A stretch of 64,000 nt of DNA from an uncultured Candidatus Poseidoniales archaeon (lineage in GTDB: Archaea; Thermoplasmatota; Poseidoniia; Poseidoniales; Thalassarchaeaceae). Shown one piece after another: positions 9,274-18,265 of this stretch. The translations under genes and the position numbers were made by a program. Every line of letters begins with the position of its first letter. Position 1 is the stretch's first letter. The notes beneath the pieces were generated by a model. It saw nothing but the letters and a program-made list of their open reading frames with translations, had not been told where the DNA came from and ran no database searches. The stretch covers positions 1,088-65,087 of the forward strand of contig CAWVWT010000007.1 of NCBI GenBank assembly GCA_963934015.1, written 5' to 3'.

Positions 9274-12200
9274 ATGTCAGTCTACGATGGTCTATGTGAG
9301 CCACTCCGGGCATATTTAGAATCGCAGAAGTGGATACCGACCCCAATCCAGGATGCTGCCATTGACTCGCTACTTTCTGGACAGGATAGAGTACTCGTGG
9401 CAGCGACTGGTTCGGGCAAAACAGAGGCTGCTGTTCTACCTATTCTCTCCGCCTGTTATTCGCAAGAATGGGGGCGAATGTCAATCCTGTATGTCACACC
9501 ATTAAGGGCTCTAAATCGTGACATTGACAGGCGCTTGGGGGTATTGGCATCTATCACAAATTTAGAAGTTGGATTGCGCCACGGAGACACGACTCAATCA
9601 GAGCGTAACCGTCAATCACGAAAACCACCACACCTTCTCGTTACGACTCCTGAAACATTGCAAATCATGATGACCGGGAGTCGACTTCGAGTGCATTTGC
9701 AAAATGTTCGTGCAATCATCGTCGATGAAGTGCATGAGGTGGCTGCCTCTGAAAGAGGCGCTCAGCTTCTTGTCGGGATAACGCGAATCGAAGAGATGGC
9801 CAAGAGAAGCATTCAGCGAATTGGCCTTTCAGCAACGGTTGGAAATCCAACTGAAGTTTCTCAGTGGCTCTCACCAGAACAGGGTCAAGCCATCCTTGCT
9901 GATGCACCCCGAAATACTGAGGTTCGCATCACTTGCTCTCAACCGGAAGATGCGGACGAAGCGATCGCGTTAGAGCATAACACATCACCCCAAGCGATGG
10001 CGAGTTTACGTATGCTCGCAGGTCGTCTCAAAGCAGATGCCCCCTCTCTTGTGTTTGTCAACAGCCGTAACGCTGCTGAAACTGTCGCTAGTCGATTGTC
10101 GACCTTTGATGAAACACTGGAAATTGGTATCCATCACGGTTCCCTTTCAGCGGATCTAAGAACGGAAATGGAAGACCGATTACAACGCGGTGAATTGCAT
10201 GCTTTGGTGTGCACGAGCAGTTTGGAATTGGGAATTGATGTGGGGGCCATTCGACATGTTCACCAAATTCAATCACCACGTGCTGTAGATCGACTTCTGC
10301 AGCGTCTCGGAAGAGCTGAGCACACCCTTGGAGGTACTGGTAGAGGTGACTTAATCGCTTGGGATATCGATGATATTGCAGAATCCGCAGTGATTGCTAG
10401 AAGGGCTATTGCAGGCCAAATCGATGGTGTTCGATGGCGAAGAATGCCCCGGGTTGTAGCTGCAAATCAAATGGTGATGATGACACTGTGTGAAGGTATT
10501 GTTCCCCTTCCTGCGACTACTACAATTTTCCAAAGAACTTCTATTTTCAGTGAATGGACCGATACTGATACTCGTGACTTAGCACGAATTCTAGATGACC
10601 GTTGGCTCCTGAAGATGGTGGATAAACCAGAATCATCCGACCCCCTTGAATGGGCACCTTCGCTGTGGAGACAACTTGCAGAAGGAACTTCTCTTCCAGC
10701 TGAAAGACCAACTAAAGAAGAAATTCAGAAGCTGTCATCAAAGAAGTTAGACCAATGGCGCAGGGACATGAAAAAATTGGTGCCCAAGCATCTCAAAGAT
10801 GGTTGGACGTCAGCGGGTGCAAGAACACGCTCGTATATGCTGGAACATCTCTCGATGATTCCAGATGCACAGAGATATACCGTACGAGACGTTGTATCTA
10901 GACGCGCAATTGGATCCGTTGATGAAGCATTTGTTTTGTCTCTAAATAATTCAGGAGAAGAAACTGACGGAGCCCCGAGAAGATTTGTCATCGTCGGTCG
11001 AACATGGGAAATTGTCGAAGCAAACCCTGAGAAAACTGAATTGTTAGTTGCCCCCGTAGGATCTGGAGGTACAGCACCTGTTTGGAGTGGTGAACTTCCG
11101 CCGGTACCGGCTGAAATTGCACGTGAAGTCGGCGCATTGAGAAGAACAATTCGTGAATTGGCAACGGGAGAGGACAGGGATGACGAATATGGGGGGGTAC
11201 GTCTCGATCGAATCGGTGGACCCCCTGTGTCATGTGATATTGCTGATTACCCACTCGCCCCAGATGCATTATCGAAATTGATGAACAAAGTCGTCGAACA
11301 TGTTGATGCTTCTAGCAGCCTTCCAGATGAACGAACGCTCGATGTAGAGACACGTCGAGATGCTGTGATCGTCCATTCATGCCATGGAAGTCGAATCAAC
11401 GAAACGCTCGCACACTTTTTGCAAGCAATGGCATCGACCATCGAAGGACAAATGGGGCGCGTTCTTGTCGACCCATACAGAATAAGCCTCCAAGTTCCTG
11501 GGCTGCGGGCAACCCATGTCGTGGACTGGTTGACTGAAACAAAGCCTGAAAATTTGGCAACCATTCTACGAGTGACTGTACCAAACGGAAGACAATTGCG
11601 CTGGAGGCTGGTTCAAGTCTGCAAGGTCATGGGTGTTCTACGCTCAGGAGTCGATCCACGCAAGGTCAACTTGCATGGAATCGCCCAGAAATACAAAGGC
11701 ACGCCATTGATGAATGAGGCATTGGATAAATTGTTTAGTGAACGAATGGATGTTGATGGTACGACCGATTTGCTCCATGCCATCCAAGATGGGGTCGTAC
11801 AGGTTGCACAGCGTTCACCGGGGGCACTCGGAGTTTCACCACGCTCAGAGCGTGATATGCAGTTACCAGATTGGTCCAATGTCGAGGTTCGTCGGCGTCT
11901 GGAAAATCGTTTGATGAATGAACGGGTTGTGATGATTTGTTTACGATGTAAAACGTCTTCTCGATTTCGTGTTGCCAGGTATCCAAGTACCGACCAGAAA
12001 TGCGGAATTTGTCAAGCGACCATGCGAGCTGTCGCTAGAGAAGGGTTGAGTGATGAATTAGCCAAGTGGGTGGCCTCCGAGGAAGACAACATTCGTAACC
12101 GAATGATGCGCAATGCTGAGATGGTTCACAATCGTGGTTTAGATGCTATTCTGTGCCTCATGGCAAGAGGGGTTGGGGTAGATACTGCAACGAGGATTTT

Positions 12201-12297
12201 GCGAGCATATCCCCGTGAATCTGAGCGTGATTCTTTGCTCAAAGCGATTCACGAAGCAGAGGTTCAGTATGCACGAACTCGGCGCTTCTGGGGTTAG
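9274..12297 (+). CDS. Lhr-like superfamily-2 DEAD/DEAH-box helicase with C-terminal zinc ribbon
   Basis: The helicase motifs are PTPIQ (Q motif), AATGSGKTEAA (Walker A), TTPETL, DEVHE and LSATVGNP. The order and spacing are as in Lhr-core helicases. A long C-terminal region carries CLRC-x20-CGIC. Confidence 0.8.
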   Translation: MSVYDGLCEPLRAYLESQKWIPTPIQDAAIDSLLSGQDRVLVAATGSGKTEAAVLPILSACYSQEWGRMSILYVTPLRALNRDIDRRLGVLASITNLEVGLRHGDTTQSERNRQSRKPPHLLVTTPETLQIMMTGSRLRVHLQNVRAIIVDEVHEVAASERGAQLLVGITRIEEMAKRSIQRIGLSATVGNPTEVSQWLSPEQGQAILADAPRNTEVRITCSQPEDADEAIALEHNTSPQAMASLRMLAGRLKADAPSLVFVNSRNAAETVASRLSTFDETLEIGIHHGSLSADLRTEMEDRLQRGELHALVCTSSLELGIDVGAIRHVHQIQSPRAVDRLLQRLGRAEHTLGGTGRGDLIAWDIDDIAESAVIARRAIAGQIDGVRWRRMPRVVAANQMVMMTLCEGIVPLPATTTIFQRTSIFSEWTDTDTRDLARILDDRWLLKMVDKPESSDPLEWAPSLWRQLAEGTSLPAERPTKEEIQKLSSKKLDQWRRDMKKLVPKHLKDGWTSAGARTRSYMLEHLSMIPDAQRYTVRDVVSRRAIGSVDEAFVLSLNNSGEETDGAPRRFVIVGRTWEIVEANPEKTELLVAPVGSGGTAPVWSGELPPVPAEIAREVGALRRTIRELATGEDRDDEYGGVRLDRIGGPPVSCDIADYPLAPDALSKLMNKVVEHVDASSSLPDERTLDVETRRDAVIVHSCHGSRINETLAHFLQAMASTIEGQMGRVLVDPYRISLQVPGLRATHVVDWLTETKPENLATILRVTVPNGRQLRWRLVQVCKVMGVLRSGVDPRKVNLHGIAQKYKGTPLMNEALDKLFSERMDVDGTTDLLHAIQDGVVQVAQRSPGALGVSPRSERDMQLPDWSNVEVRRRLENRLMNERVVMICLRCKTSSRFRVARYPSTDQKCGICQATMRAVAREGLSDELAKWVASEEDNIRNRMMRNAEMVHNRGLDAILCLMARGVGVDTATRILRAYPRESERDSLLKAIHEAEVQYARTRRFWG

Positions 12298-12333
12298 GAA
12301 GCCTCATGGACGGCGCGGATAGCCCTCACCCCG

Positions 12334-12882
12334 ATGTGGTTTGGATTGACCGGGCGGAATGCTTCAGGCAAAACCACTGTTGTAGATTGGTTGGTTGACA
12401 ATGGCTACGTATCAACCTCTTGTTCAGATTCGATTCGAGTCTATCTGAGATCTCAGGAAAAGGAGATCAATCGAGACAACCTGATTGCCGGCGGACGAGA
12501 ACTGCGAGCTGCGAGTGGGCCGGGGATTCTTGCTGAAATGCTACGAGATGCGAATTTAGATGCTGAGAATCTTGTCATCGATTCAATTCGAACCCCTGCG
12601 GAAGTTGAAGCATTACGCGTAAGGCCAGATTTCAGATTGATTGAGGTGCGCGCATCACGTGAAGTACGCTGGAACCGATTACAATCTCGTGGAAGATATG
12701 GGGATCCAACGGATTGGGAGACGTTTATCGCACAAGAAGAAGCTGAACTTGTGGCTGCTGATGATAGTGGACAAGCGCTTGTTGCAACGGCTGCGCTTGC
12801 GGATATTGTCATCATCAATGATGACGATTCTGAGACTCTGCAAGATTCTCTAGAATTGCTAATCAGGCCTGCCGAATCGTAA
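12334..12882 (+). CDS. P-loop nucleotide/nucleoside kinase-like protein
   Basis: The N-terminal Walker A is GLTGRNASGKTT and the size is ~180 aa. The LID-like R-rich segment (RWNRLQSRGRYGD) gives a dephospho-CoA/NMP kinase-like layout. The exact substrate is unknown. The 3' end overlaps the convergent dCMP deaminase gene by 20 nt. Confidence 0.5.
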   Translation: MWFGLTGRNASGKTTVVDWLVDNGYVSTSCSDSIRVYLRSQEKEINRDNLIAGGRELRAASGPGILAEMLRDANLDAENLVIDSIRTPAEVEALRVRPDFRLIEVRASREVRWNRLQSRGRYGDPTDWETFIAQEEAELVAADDSGQALVATAALADIVIINDDDSETLQDSLELLIRPAES

Positions 12883-13300
12883 GACCAGCTTCACCCATCA
12901 TTGCAGTTGACATTTCAAAGTCAGCAATCCATCGGTCTGGAACTTCACTGTCTTGTGGGTAGACCACTTCAATCACACCCGCCTGAATGAGTGAACGGGC
13001 ACATCGCGTGCATGGTGGCCATGTCACATAGGCTGTACAACCCTTCAATGCTAATCCGATACGGGCGGCGTGCATGATTGCATTTTCTTCCGCGTGGCAA
13101 ATGAGTGGGTATTTTTGTTCACGGTCTGAAAGTCGTTCAGAATCATCAACAATACCGCGTGGAAAACCATTGAAGCCAGTACTTCTAATTTCACGGTCTT
13201 CGCCAACGACCACGCATCCAACCTTGGTGGAGGGGTCTTTGGACCAGCCAGAGATGTGCTCGGCGAGTTTGAGAAATCGCTGGTCCCACTTCGCACTCAT
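12863..13300 (-). CDS. dCMP deaminase (cytidine/deoxycytidylate deaminase zinc-binding family)
   Basis: The zinc/catalytic motifs are HAEENAI (HAE) and PCTRCA (PCxxC), and the size of 145 aa is typical of ComEB/dCMP deaminases. Confidence 0.85.
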   Translation of the reverse strand: MSAKWDQRFLKLAEHISGWSKDPSTKVGCVVVGEDREIRSTGFNGFPRGIVDDSERLSDREQKYPLICHAEENAIMHAARIGLALKGCTAYVTWPPCTRCARSLIQAGVIEVVYPQDSEVPDRWIADFEMSTAMMGEAGLTIRQA

Positions 13301-13344
13301 ACCTTCACCCTGCTAATCCTAGGGGGCGCAGTGTTTGAGTCTTC

Positions 13345-14721
13345 TCACGCAATCGGGTCGATACCGTCTTTGCCCGTCGGAGATATCAGAATATTTTGGA
13401 AATCCATCTCTTCTTCTTGATCAATGATTTTCAGTACCTCTCCAATCAGATAGATACTGCCTATGCAAAGGATTGGTTGAGGTAAATCACTGTCTAGTTC
13501 AACAGATTTCTCCTTGGCAGCCGAAAGGGCGCCATCAATGGATTCGATGGCTATAATCTCAGTATCTATTCCTTGTTCTCTGAGTTTATTGGCGAGGACT
13601 TCGCAATCTACAGCTCCCTTCCGGCCATCGGGTGGCTGTGTGACATAGATGTGGCCAATTTGACCCTCGATGATGAGTTCTACCAGCGGTTGGAGGAGGT
13701 TTCCAATGTCCTTCTGAACAGTACAACCTACGACGATGACTCCGGGCATGGGCGCCATGTCCCGAGATTTCTGAAAGCGAATCTGTTCACAGGCCCTTGC
13801 CATACCACTAGGATTGTGTGCACAATCGAGAAGAACCGGGATATTATCGACTTCTATCCACTGCATTCGTCCTGGCCAATTTGTATGTGTAATGGCTCTG
13901 TCAACTTCGTTGTATGCCAATCTCCATCCCATCGCTCGGAGTGCTGCTCGAGCCAACATCGCGGCTTCCTGTTGATAGGGCATCCAACCATCATACCATT
14001 TCTTGTTTGATAGGGGGCGAAATGCCTTGACGGCCTCTGAAAATTTGAATGCATTACGACGATCTCCTCGCCACCACCAGGCTTTGTCATGGTCTCTAAC
14101 GGCTCGCTCAATCACCTTGCGTGCTGAATTGTCGTATGGCCATGTTGCAATCAATGGTCGGCCCTGGCGAACAATTGCTACCTTTTCTTCAGCTATTTCA
14201 GCTAGTGTTTCACCAAGAACCTCCGTATGTTCAAGAGAAATTTCGGTCAAAATACAGCAATCAGCATCGACCAAACGTGTGGCATCCCATCGACCACCCA
14301 ATCCAGTTTCAACCACGGCTCTTTCAACGCCTTGATCACGAAAGGCTACCATAGCGACCAGAAACGTAGCCTCATAGAATGTCGGAGATACGTTGGGATT
14401 GATATTGGATACCTCTTGAATCTGCTTCAAGCAATCCTCAAACAATATATCTGAAATGGGAACACCATCGATCCGAATTCGCTCATTTACAGACATCAAA
14501 TGAGGTGAGGTGAACAGCCCTGTGCACTTGCCTGAAAGCGTGAAGGCATTAGCAAGAATAGCACAACAGGTCCCTTTTCCATTGCTACCCGCGACATGCA
14601 CTGCTGGAAAGGAATGCTGAGGCATCTCAAGGCGGCCAAGAAGGGTTGCAGTGTTGTCAAGAGAGGGGTTGTATCCAAACGCTTTCAATGAATCTAACCA
14701 CGACCAAACATCATCATTCAT
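13345..14721 (-). CDS. folC: folylpolyglutamate synthase / dihydrofolate synthase (Mur ligase family)
   Basis: The FPGS signatures are VHVAGSNGKGT (P-loop) and TSPHLMSVNERIRIDG. The start is taken at ATG 14721 (MNDDVWSW...), because the 45-codon upstream extension in the track has no support. Confidence 0.85.
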   Translation of the reverse strand: MNDDVWSWLDSLKAFGYNPSLDNTATLLGRLEMPQHSFPAVHVAGSNGKGTCCAILANAFTLSGKCTGLFTSPHLMSVNERIRIDGVPISDILFEDCLKQIQEVSNINPNVSPTFYEATFLVAMVAFRDQGVERAVVETGLGGRWDATRLVDADCCILTEISLEHTEVLGETLAEIAEEKVAIVRQGRPLIATWPYDNSARKVIERAVRDHDKAWWWRGDRRNAFKFSEAVKAFRPLSNKKWYDGWMPYQQEAAMLARAALRAMGWRLAYNEVDRAITHTNWPGRMQWIEVDNIPVLLDCAHNPSGMARACEQIRFQKSRDMAPMPGVIVVGCTVQKDIGNLLQPLVELIIEGQIGHIYVTQPPDGRKGAVDCEVLANKLREQGIDTEIIAIESIDGALSAAKEKSVELDSDLPQPILCIGSIYLIGEVLKIIDQEEEMDFQNILISPTGKDGIDPIA

Positions 14722-14784
14722 ACACCCACCCCGTACCTCCGGTGAACGGTCGCCTTGAAATGGCCTTTGCGGGTCGCCCGAGGC

Positions 14785-16923
14785 ATGTCGGGGGACGGAT
14801 TCGCTGCAAAGCGGCGTTCTGAGAAGGCTACGGATGCGCCCGATGAACGCAGTCAACGAACCTTACTGGATGAACTGAAGGGTCAGGCTGGTTCCATGGT
14901 TGGAATGGCTGGGATGTTCATCGTCACAATTCTATTGGCAATGAAAATTCAACCATTCTATGACCGAGATGATTTACGCGCCTTTGGGGCAGAAGGGGCA
15001 ACCAAAGCAGGGTTCATCTTGCTAGAACTCGTTTTCATTTTCATCTTTACAGCACTCATCATCTATCTCGCTAGGAAAAATATGCAGAGATTCATTCGGT
15101 GGGGTGTCCTTAGTGTCCTTTGGATTGCAATGCTTTACGCACTTTACCCATTGGCTGCAATGGTACTTGTCCCTGACGCACCACCCTTCGCTGAAGATGC
15201 GCTGGAGAACTCTGACGCATACATTATCTCTGTTGAAGAAGGTGGAGCGAACTTCTTCTATGTCGATGTCGATAATAATAGTAATCAGACACTCAGATAT
15301 GTAGGCAATGCTGGTGAAATCGAGTATTGGAATCATACCGTAATGCCTGAACCTGGAATTGAACAGTCGACTTACGGGAAGGTCCAAAATTCAAGAACGG
15401 CTGATGGAATCATCTTGTGTGAAGGGACCCAATGGGTTCTACTCGATGCTGAAGATGGTACTCAAATAGATGACCACGGTAGAGATTGTGACCTCGGACT
15501 GAGGTACGAATGGGCCACTGAAGCCATGGATGAAACTTGTGATTTCAAAGATCCTGAAGATGGTGCCACACACCAAGATTGGATAATTGAAGATCGCAGG
15601 TTAGAGGCGATACCTATGATTAATGATGGCGATATTTCTGGTGGAATTTATGATTGCTCAGATTGGAGGAGGAATTTCCCTGCACCGTTCAATGGAAATA
15701 ACATTCTATTTGTCCAAGACATTGGGACTGAACATTTCCTCATTGTTTCAGAACAGTGGGCAGGAATGGTGGAGTACCCGACCGATGATAACAATGGGCA
15801 GCCAGCAGAAGAAGCCGGAGTTACGACCACTTGGAGTAAAACACTCTCTGGCTCTGAAGTGTTCACAGGTACCACATTTGGAGCGGCACCTGGGTTGAAT
15901 ATTAGTGCACAGAATTCGTTGGTACTCAGCACATCAGCAGGCCACATCTCTAGTTGGGAAATCAGTAATGATGGATCTGTTGAAGATGGGTTTTCGATGG
16001 ACCTCCCTGAAACCGTTCGTGGTGTATTGCTCGCAGATTGCTGCTCAGGTGGGAGCAATGATCTCTGGGTCATTGAAGGTGATAATCTTAGGATCTTCAT
16101 GGGTGGCAGTTTGGTAGAGATGCCGCGTAGCCTTGAGATTGGAGGAGATGCTTCGAGAATCGTAATGGCCTTGCACAATGTAGAGAACAATGCCACTGAA
16201 TCTGATGATGGTATTCTCTTGATTGAGCAAGATGGGGCTTGGTCTTCAATGCGCTATACACATCACATTGAAGATCATACTTCGACGATAATTGTAACAC
16301 TGATTCTAGCAATTTCTCTTCTCATTTTACTAATCTGGCGACCTGAATGGTATGTCATCAATACCGTTGGAATCTTAGTGGGTGCTGGCACTATTACGAT
16401 GCTTGGTGTGTCATTTGTCCCTTGGATTATCATTCTCTTCATGGTCCTTGCAGCCGTATATGATGCATGGGCGGTATACAAGAGCAAACACATGCTTGAA
16501 TTGGCGGACACAATGGTCAACTTGGAATTGCCAGTCATGTTGGTAGCACCACAAAAACCGACCCGTGGACGGGTTCAAATGGTGCGGCAGGAAGATGGTT
16601 CCCCCCCACAGAAAAGAAACTTTGATGAGACTATGTTGATGGGACTTGGTGATGTTATCTTCCCTGGTTTGCTCTGCGTCTCAGCGATGACTTGGTTACC
16701 TGATGTTTCTGGACCAATGGGCTTTTCTGCACCCATTTGGGTTGCAATTGGGACGATGATTGGCAGCTTGGTTGGTTATTGTGTACTGATGACTTATGTG
16801 GCCCGTGGTAGACCTCAGGCTGGCCTTCCGTTACTGAATGGAGGAGCCATTATTGGATACTTCATCTCAGCGGCCATCTTCATTGGCAGTTCTGCCTTTG
16901 TTTTCGACATCAGTCTATTCTGA
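14785..16923 (+). CDS. presenilin/signal-peptide-peptidase homologue (A22 intramembrane aspartyl protease) with large inserted ectodomain
   Basis: The catalytic motifs are LAAVYDAWAVYKSKHM (YD) and LMGLGDVIFPG (GxGD), plus PQAGLPLLNGGAI (PAL-like). As I recall, the TM4-TM9 region aligns by eye with the Methanoculleus PSH. About 370 aa (nt 15175-16284) are inserted after TM3. The start is uncertain (ATG 14785 or 14896; the track TTG is at 14755). Confidence 0.85.
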   Translation: MSGDGFAAKRRSEKATDAPDERSQRTLLDELKGQAGSMVGMAGMFIVTILLAMKIQPFYDRDDLRAFGAEGATKAGFILLELVFIFIFTALIIYLARKNMQRFIRWGVLSVLWIAMLYALYPLAAMVLVPDAPPFAEDALENSDAYIISVEEGGANFFYVDVDNNSNQTLRYVGNAGEIEYWNHTVMPEPGIEQSTYGKVQNSRTADGIILCEGTQWVLLDAEDGTQIDDHGRDCDLGLRYEWATEAMDETCDFKDPEDGATHQDWIIEDRRLEAIPMINDGDISGGIYDCSDWRRNFPAPFNGNNILFVQDIGTEHFLIVSEQWAGMVEYPTDDNNGQPAEEAGVTTTWSKTLSGSEVFTGTTFGAAPGLNISAQNSLVLSTSAGHISSWEISNDGSVEDGFSMDLPETVRGVLLADCCSGGSNDLWVIEGDNLRIFMGGSLVEMPRSLEIGGDASRIVMALHNVENNATESDDGILLIEQDGAWSSMRYTHHIEDHTSTIIVTLILAISLLILLIWRPEWYVINTVGILVGAGTITMLGVSFVPWIIILFMVLAAVYDAWAVYKSKHMLELADTMVNLELPVMLVAPQKPTRGRVQMVRQEDGSPPQKRNFDETMLMGLGDVIFPGLLCVSAMTWLPDVSGPMGFSAPIWVAIGTMIGSLVGYCVLMTYVARGRPQAGLPLLNGGAIIGYFISAAIFIGSSAFVFDISLF

Positions 16924-16950
16924 TGTTCCGTCGCTTTCAAGCATGAAGGG

Positions 16951-16967
16951 CGGTTCCGTAGGAACCG
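16951..16967. repeat. perfect 17-nt GC palindrome CGGTTCC-GTA-GGAACCG (CCGTAGG-core family)
   Basis: Read directly from the sequence. It lies in the 54-nt spacer between the presenilin homologue and serS, 10 nt upstream of ATG 16978. Confidence 0.7.
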
Positions 16968-16977
16968 GTGGAAGCCC

Positions 16978-18261
16978 ATGCTGGACATTCGAATGTTCCG
17001 TGACCATGCCAATGTGATTCGTGCAGATCACGATAAACGAGGCCTTCAGCACGATGCAATCGATGAAGTCATTCGTTTGGATGAAGCTTGGAGAAAGGCA
17101 CGATATGATTCCGATCAACTTCGTCGAAAGCGCAACGAAGCAGCCCGTGGAATTGCTGAAGCCAAGAAAGCAGGTGATGATGCAGTATTTCAGAGAATCA
17201 AATCTGAAGTGGACACCATCGCTGCAGAGATTGAATCTCTCGGGGAAACCGCAGATGGTCATGAAACCGAGCGAGATCGTATTCGTATGTCCATTCCAAA
17301 CATCCTCCATGCCGATGTCCCCGTGGGTGATGATGAAGGAGGCAATACGCAACACAGCCTACATGGCCAAAAGCCAACCTTCGCTTTTGATGCGCGGACT
17401 CACAATGACCTCATTGAGATGAATCGGTGGGTCGACTTGCCCCGAGCTGCGAAGATTGCAGGTAGCCGATTTTACTTCCTCAAAGGCGATTTGGCGCACA
17501 TGGAATTGGCGCTCCAGCAATATGCAGTAGACTTCATTTCAGAACGTGGCTATACCTTTGTCCAGCCACCAGCAATGATGAACAGAGAAGCCTACGAAGG
17601 TGTTACAGATTTAGCTGATTTTGAATCTGTGATGTACAATATTCAACCAGATGGCTTCTACACTATCGCAACCAGCGAACATCCATTGACAGCGATGTTC
17701 ATGGATGAAGTGATTGAACCAAGTATGCTGCCCATCCGGATTGTTGGCATATCTCCTTGCTTCCGCCGTGAAGTGGGTGCACATGGCCAAGGTGACAAAG
17801 GAATTTGGCGGGTTCACCAATTCACCAAAGTCGAGCAAATCATCATCACGCACCCCGATGACTCATGGAACCACCACGAAGAATTACTCACCAATTGCGT
17901 AGACTTGTGGAACAGTCTTGGGCTACACTATGAAATTGTCAATATCTGCACGGGTGACATGGGAACTGTGGCCGCAAAGAAGTATGATCTTGAGGCTTGG
18001 TTGCCTGGACGAGGAGAATACAAAGAAATTGTCTCGTGCTCAAATTGCACCGACTATCAGGCCAATCGCCTCCGAATGCGATATCGGACTACTGAAGGCA
18101 ATGCTGCAGTGCACACACTCAATTCGACAGCGGTTGCAACCAGTCGGGCGCTGGTTGCTATCATGGAACAAAATCAGCTTGAAGATGGGCGTGTTCTTGT
18201 ACCAGAATGTTTGGTGTCTAGAATGGGTGGAAAGACACACCTAGAGCCTTGTGAATGGTGA
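16978..18261 (+). CDS. serS: seryl-tRNA synthetase
   Basis: The N-terminal coiled-coil arm begins MLDIRMFRD. Class II motifs are present (FRRE, GDMG...KYDLEAW, SCSNCTDYQANRLRMRY, TLNSTA...R), and the length of 427 aa fits. Confidence 0.95.
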   Translation: MLDIRMFRDHANVIRADHDKRGLQHDAIDEVIRLDEAWRKARYDSDQLRRKRNEAARGIAEAKKAGDDAVFQRIKSEVDTIAAEIESLGETADGHETERDRIRMSIPNILHADVPVGDDEGGNTQHSLHGQKPTFAFDARTHNDLIEMNRWVDLPRAAKIAGSRFYFLKGDLAHMELALQQYAVDFISERGYTFVQPPAMMNREAYEGVTDLADFESVMYNIQPDGFYTIATSEHPLTAMFMDEVIEPSMLPIRIVGISPCFRREVGAHGQGDKGIWRVHQFTKVEQIIITHPDDSWNHHEELLTNCVDLWNSLGLHYEIVNICTGDMGTVAAKKYDLEAWLPGRGEYKEIVSCSNCTDYQANRLRMRYRTTEGNAAVHTLNSTAVATSRALVAIMEQNQLEDGRVLVPECLVSRMGGKTHLEPCEW

Positions 18262-18265
18262 TGTC

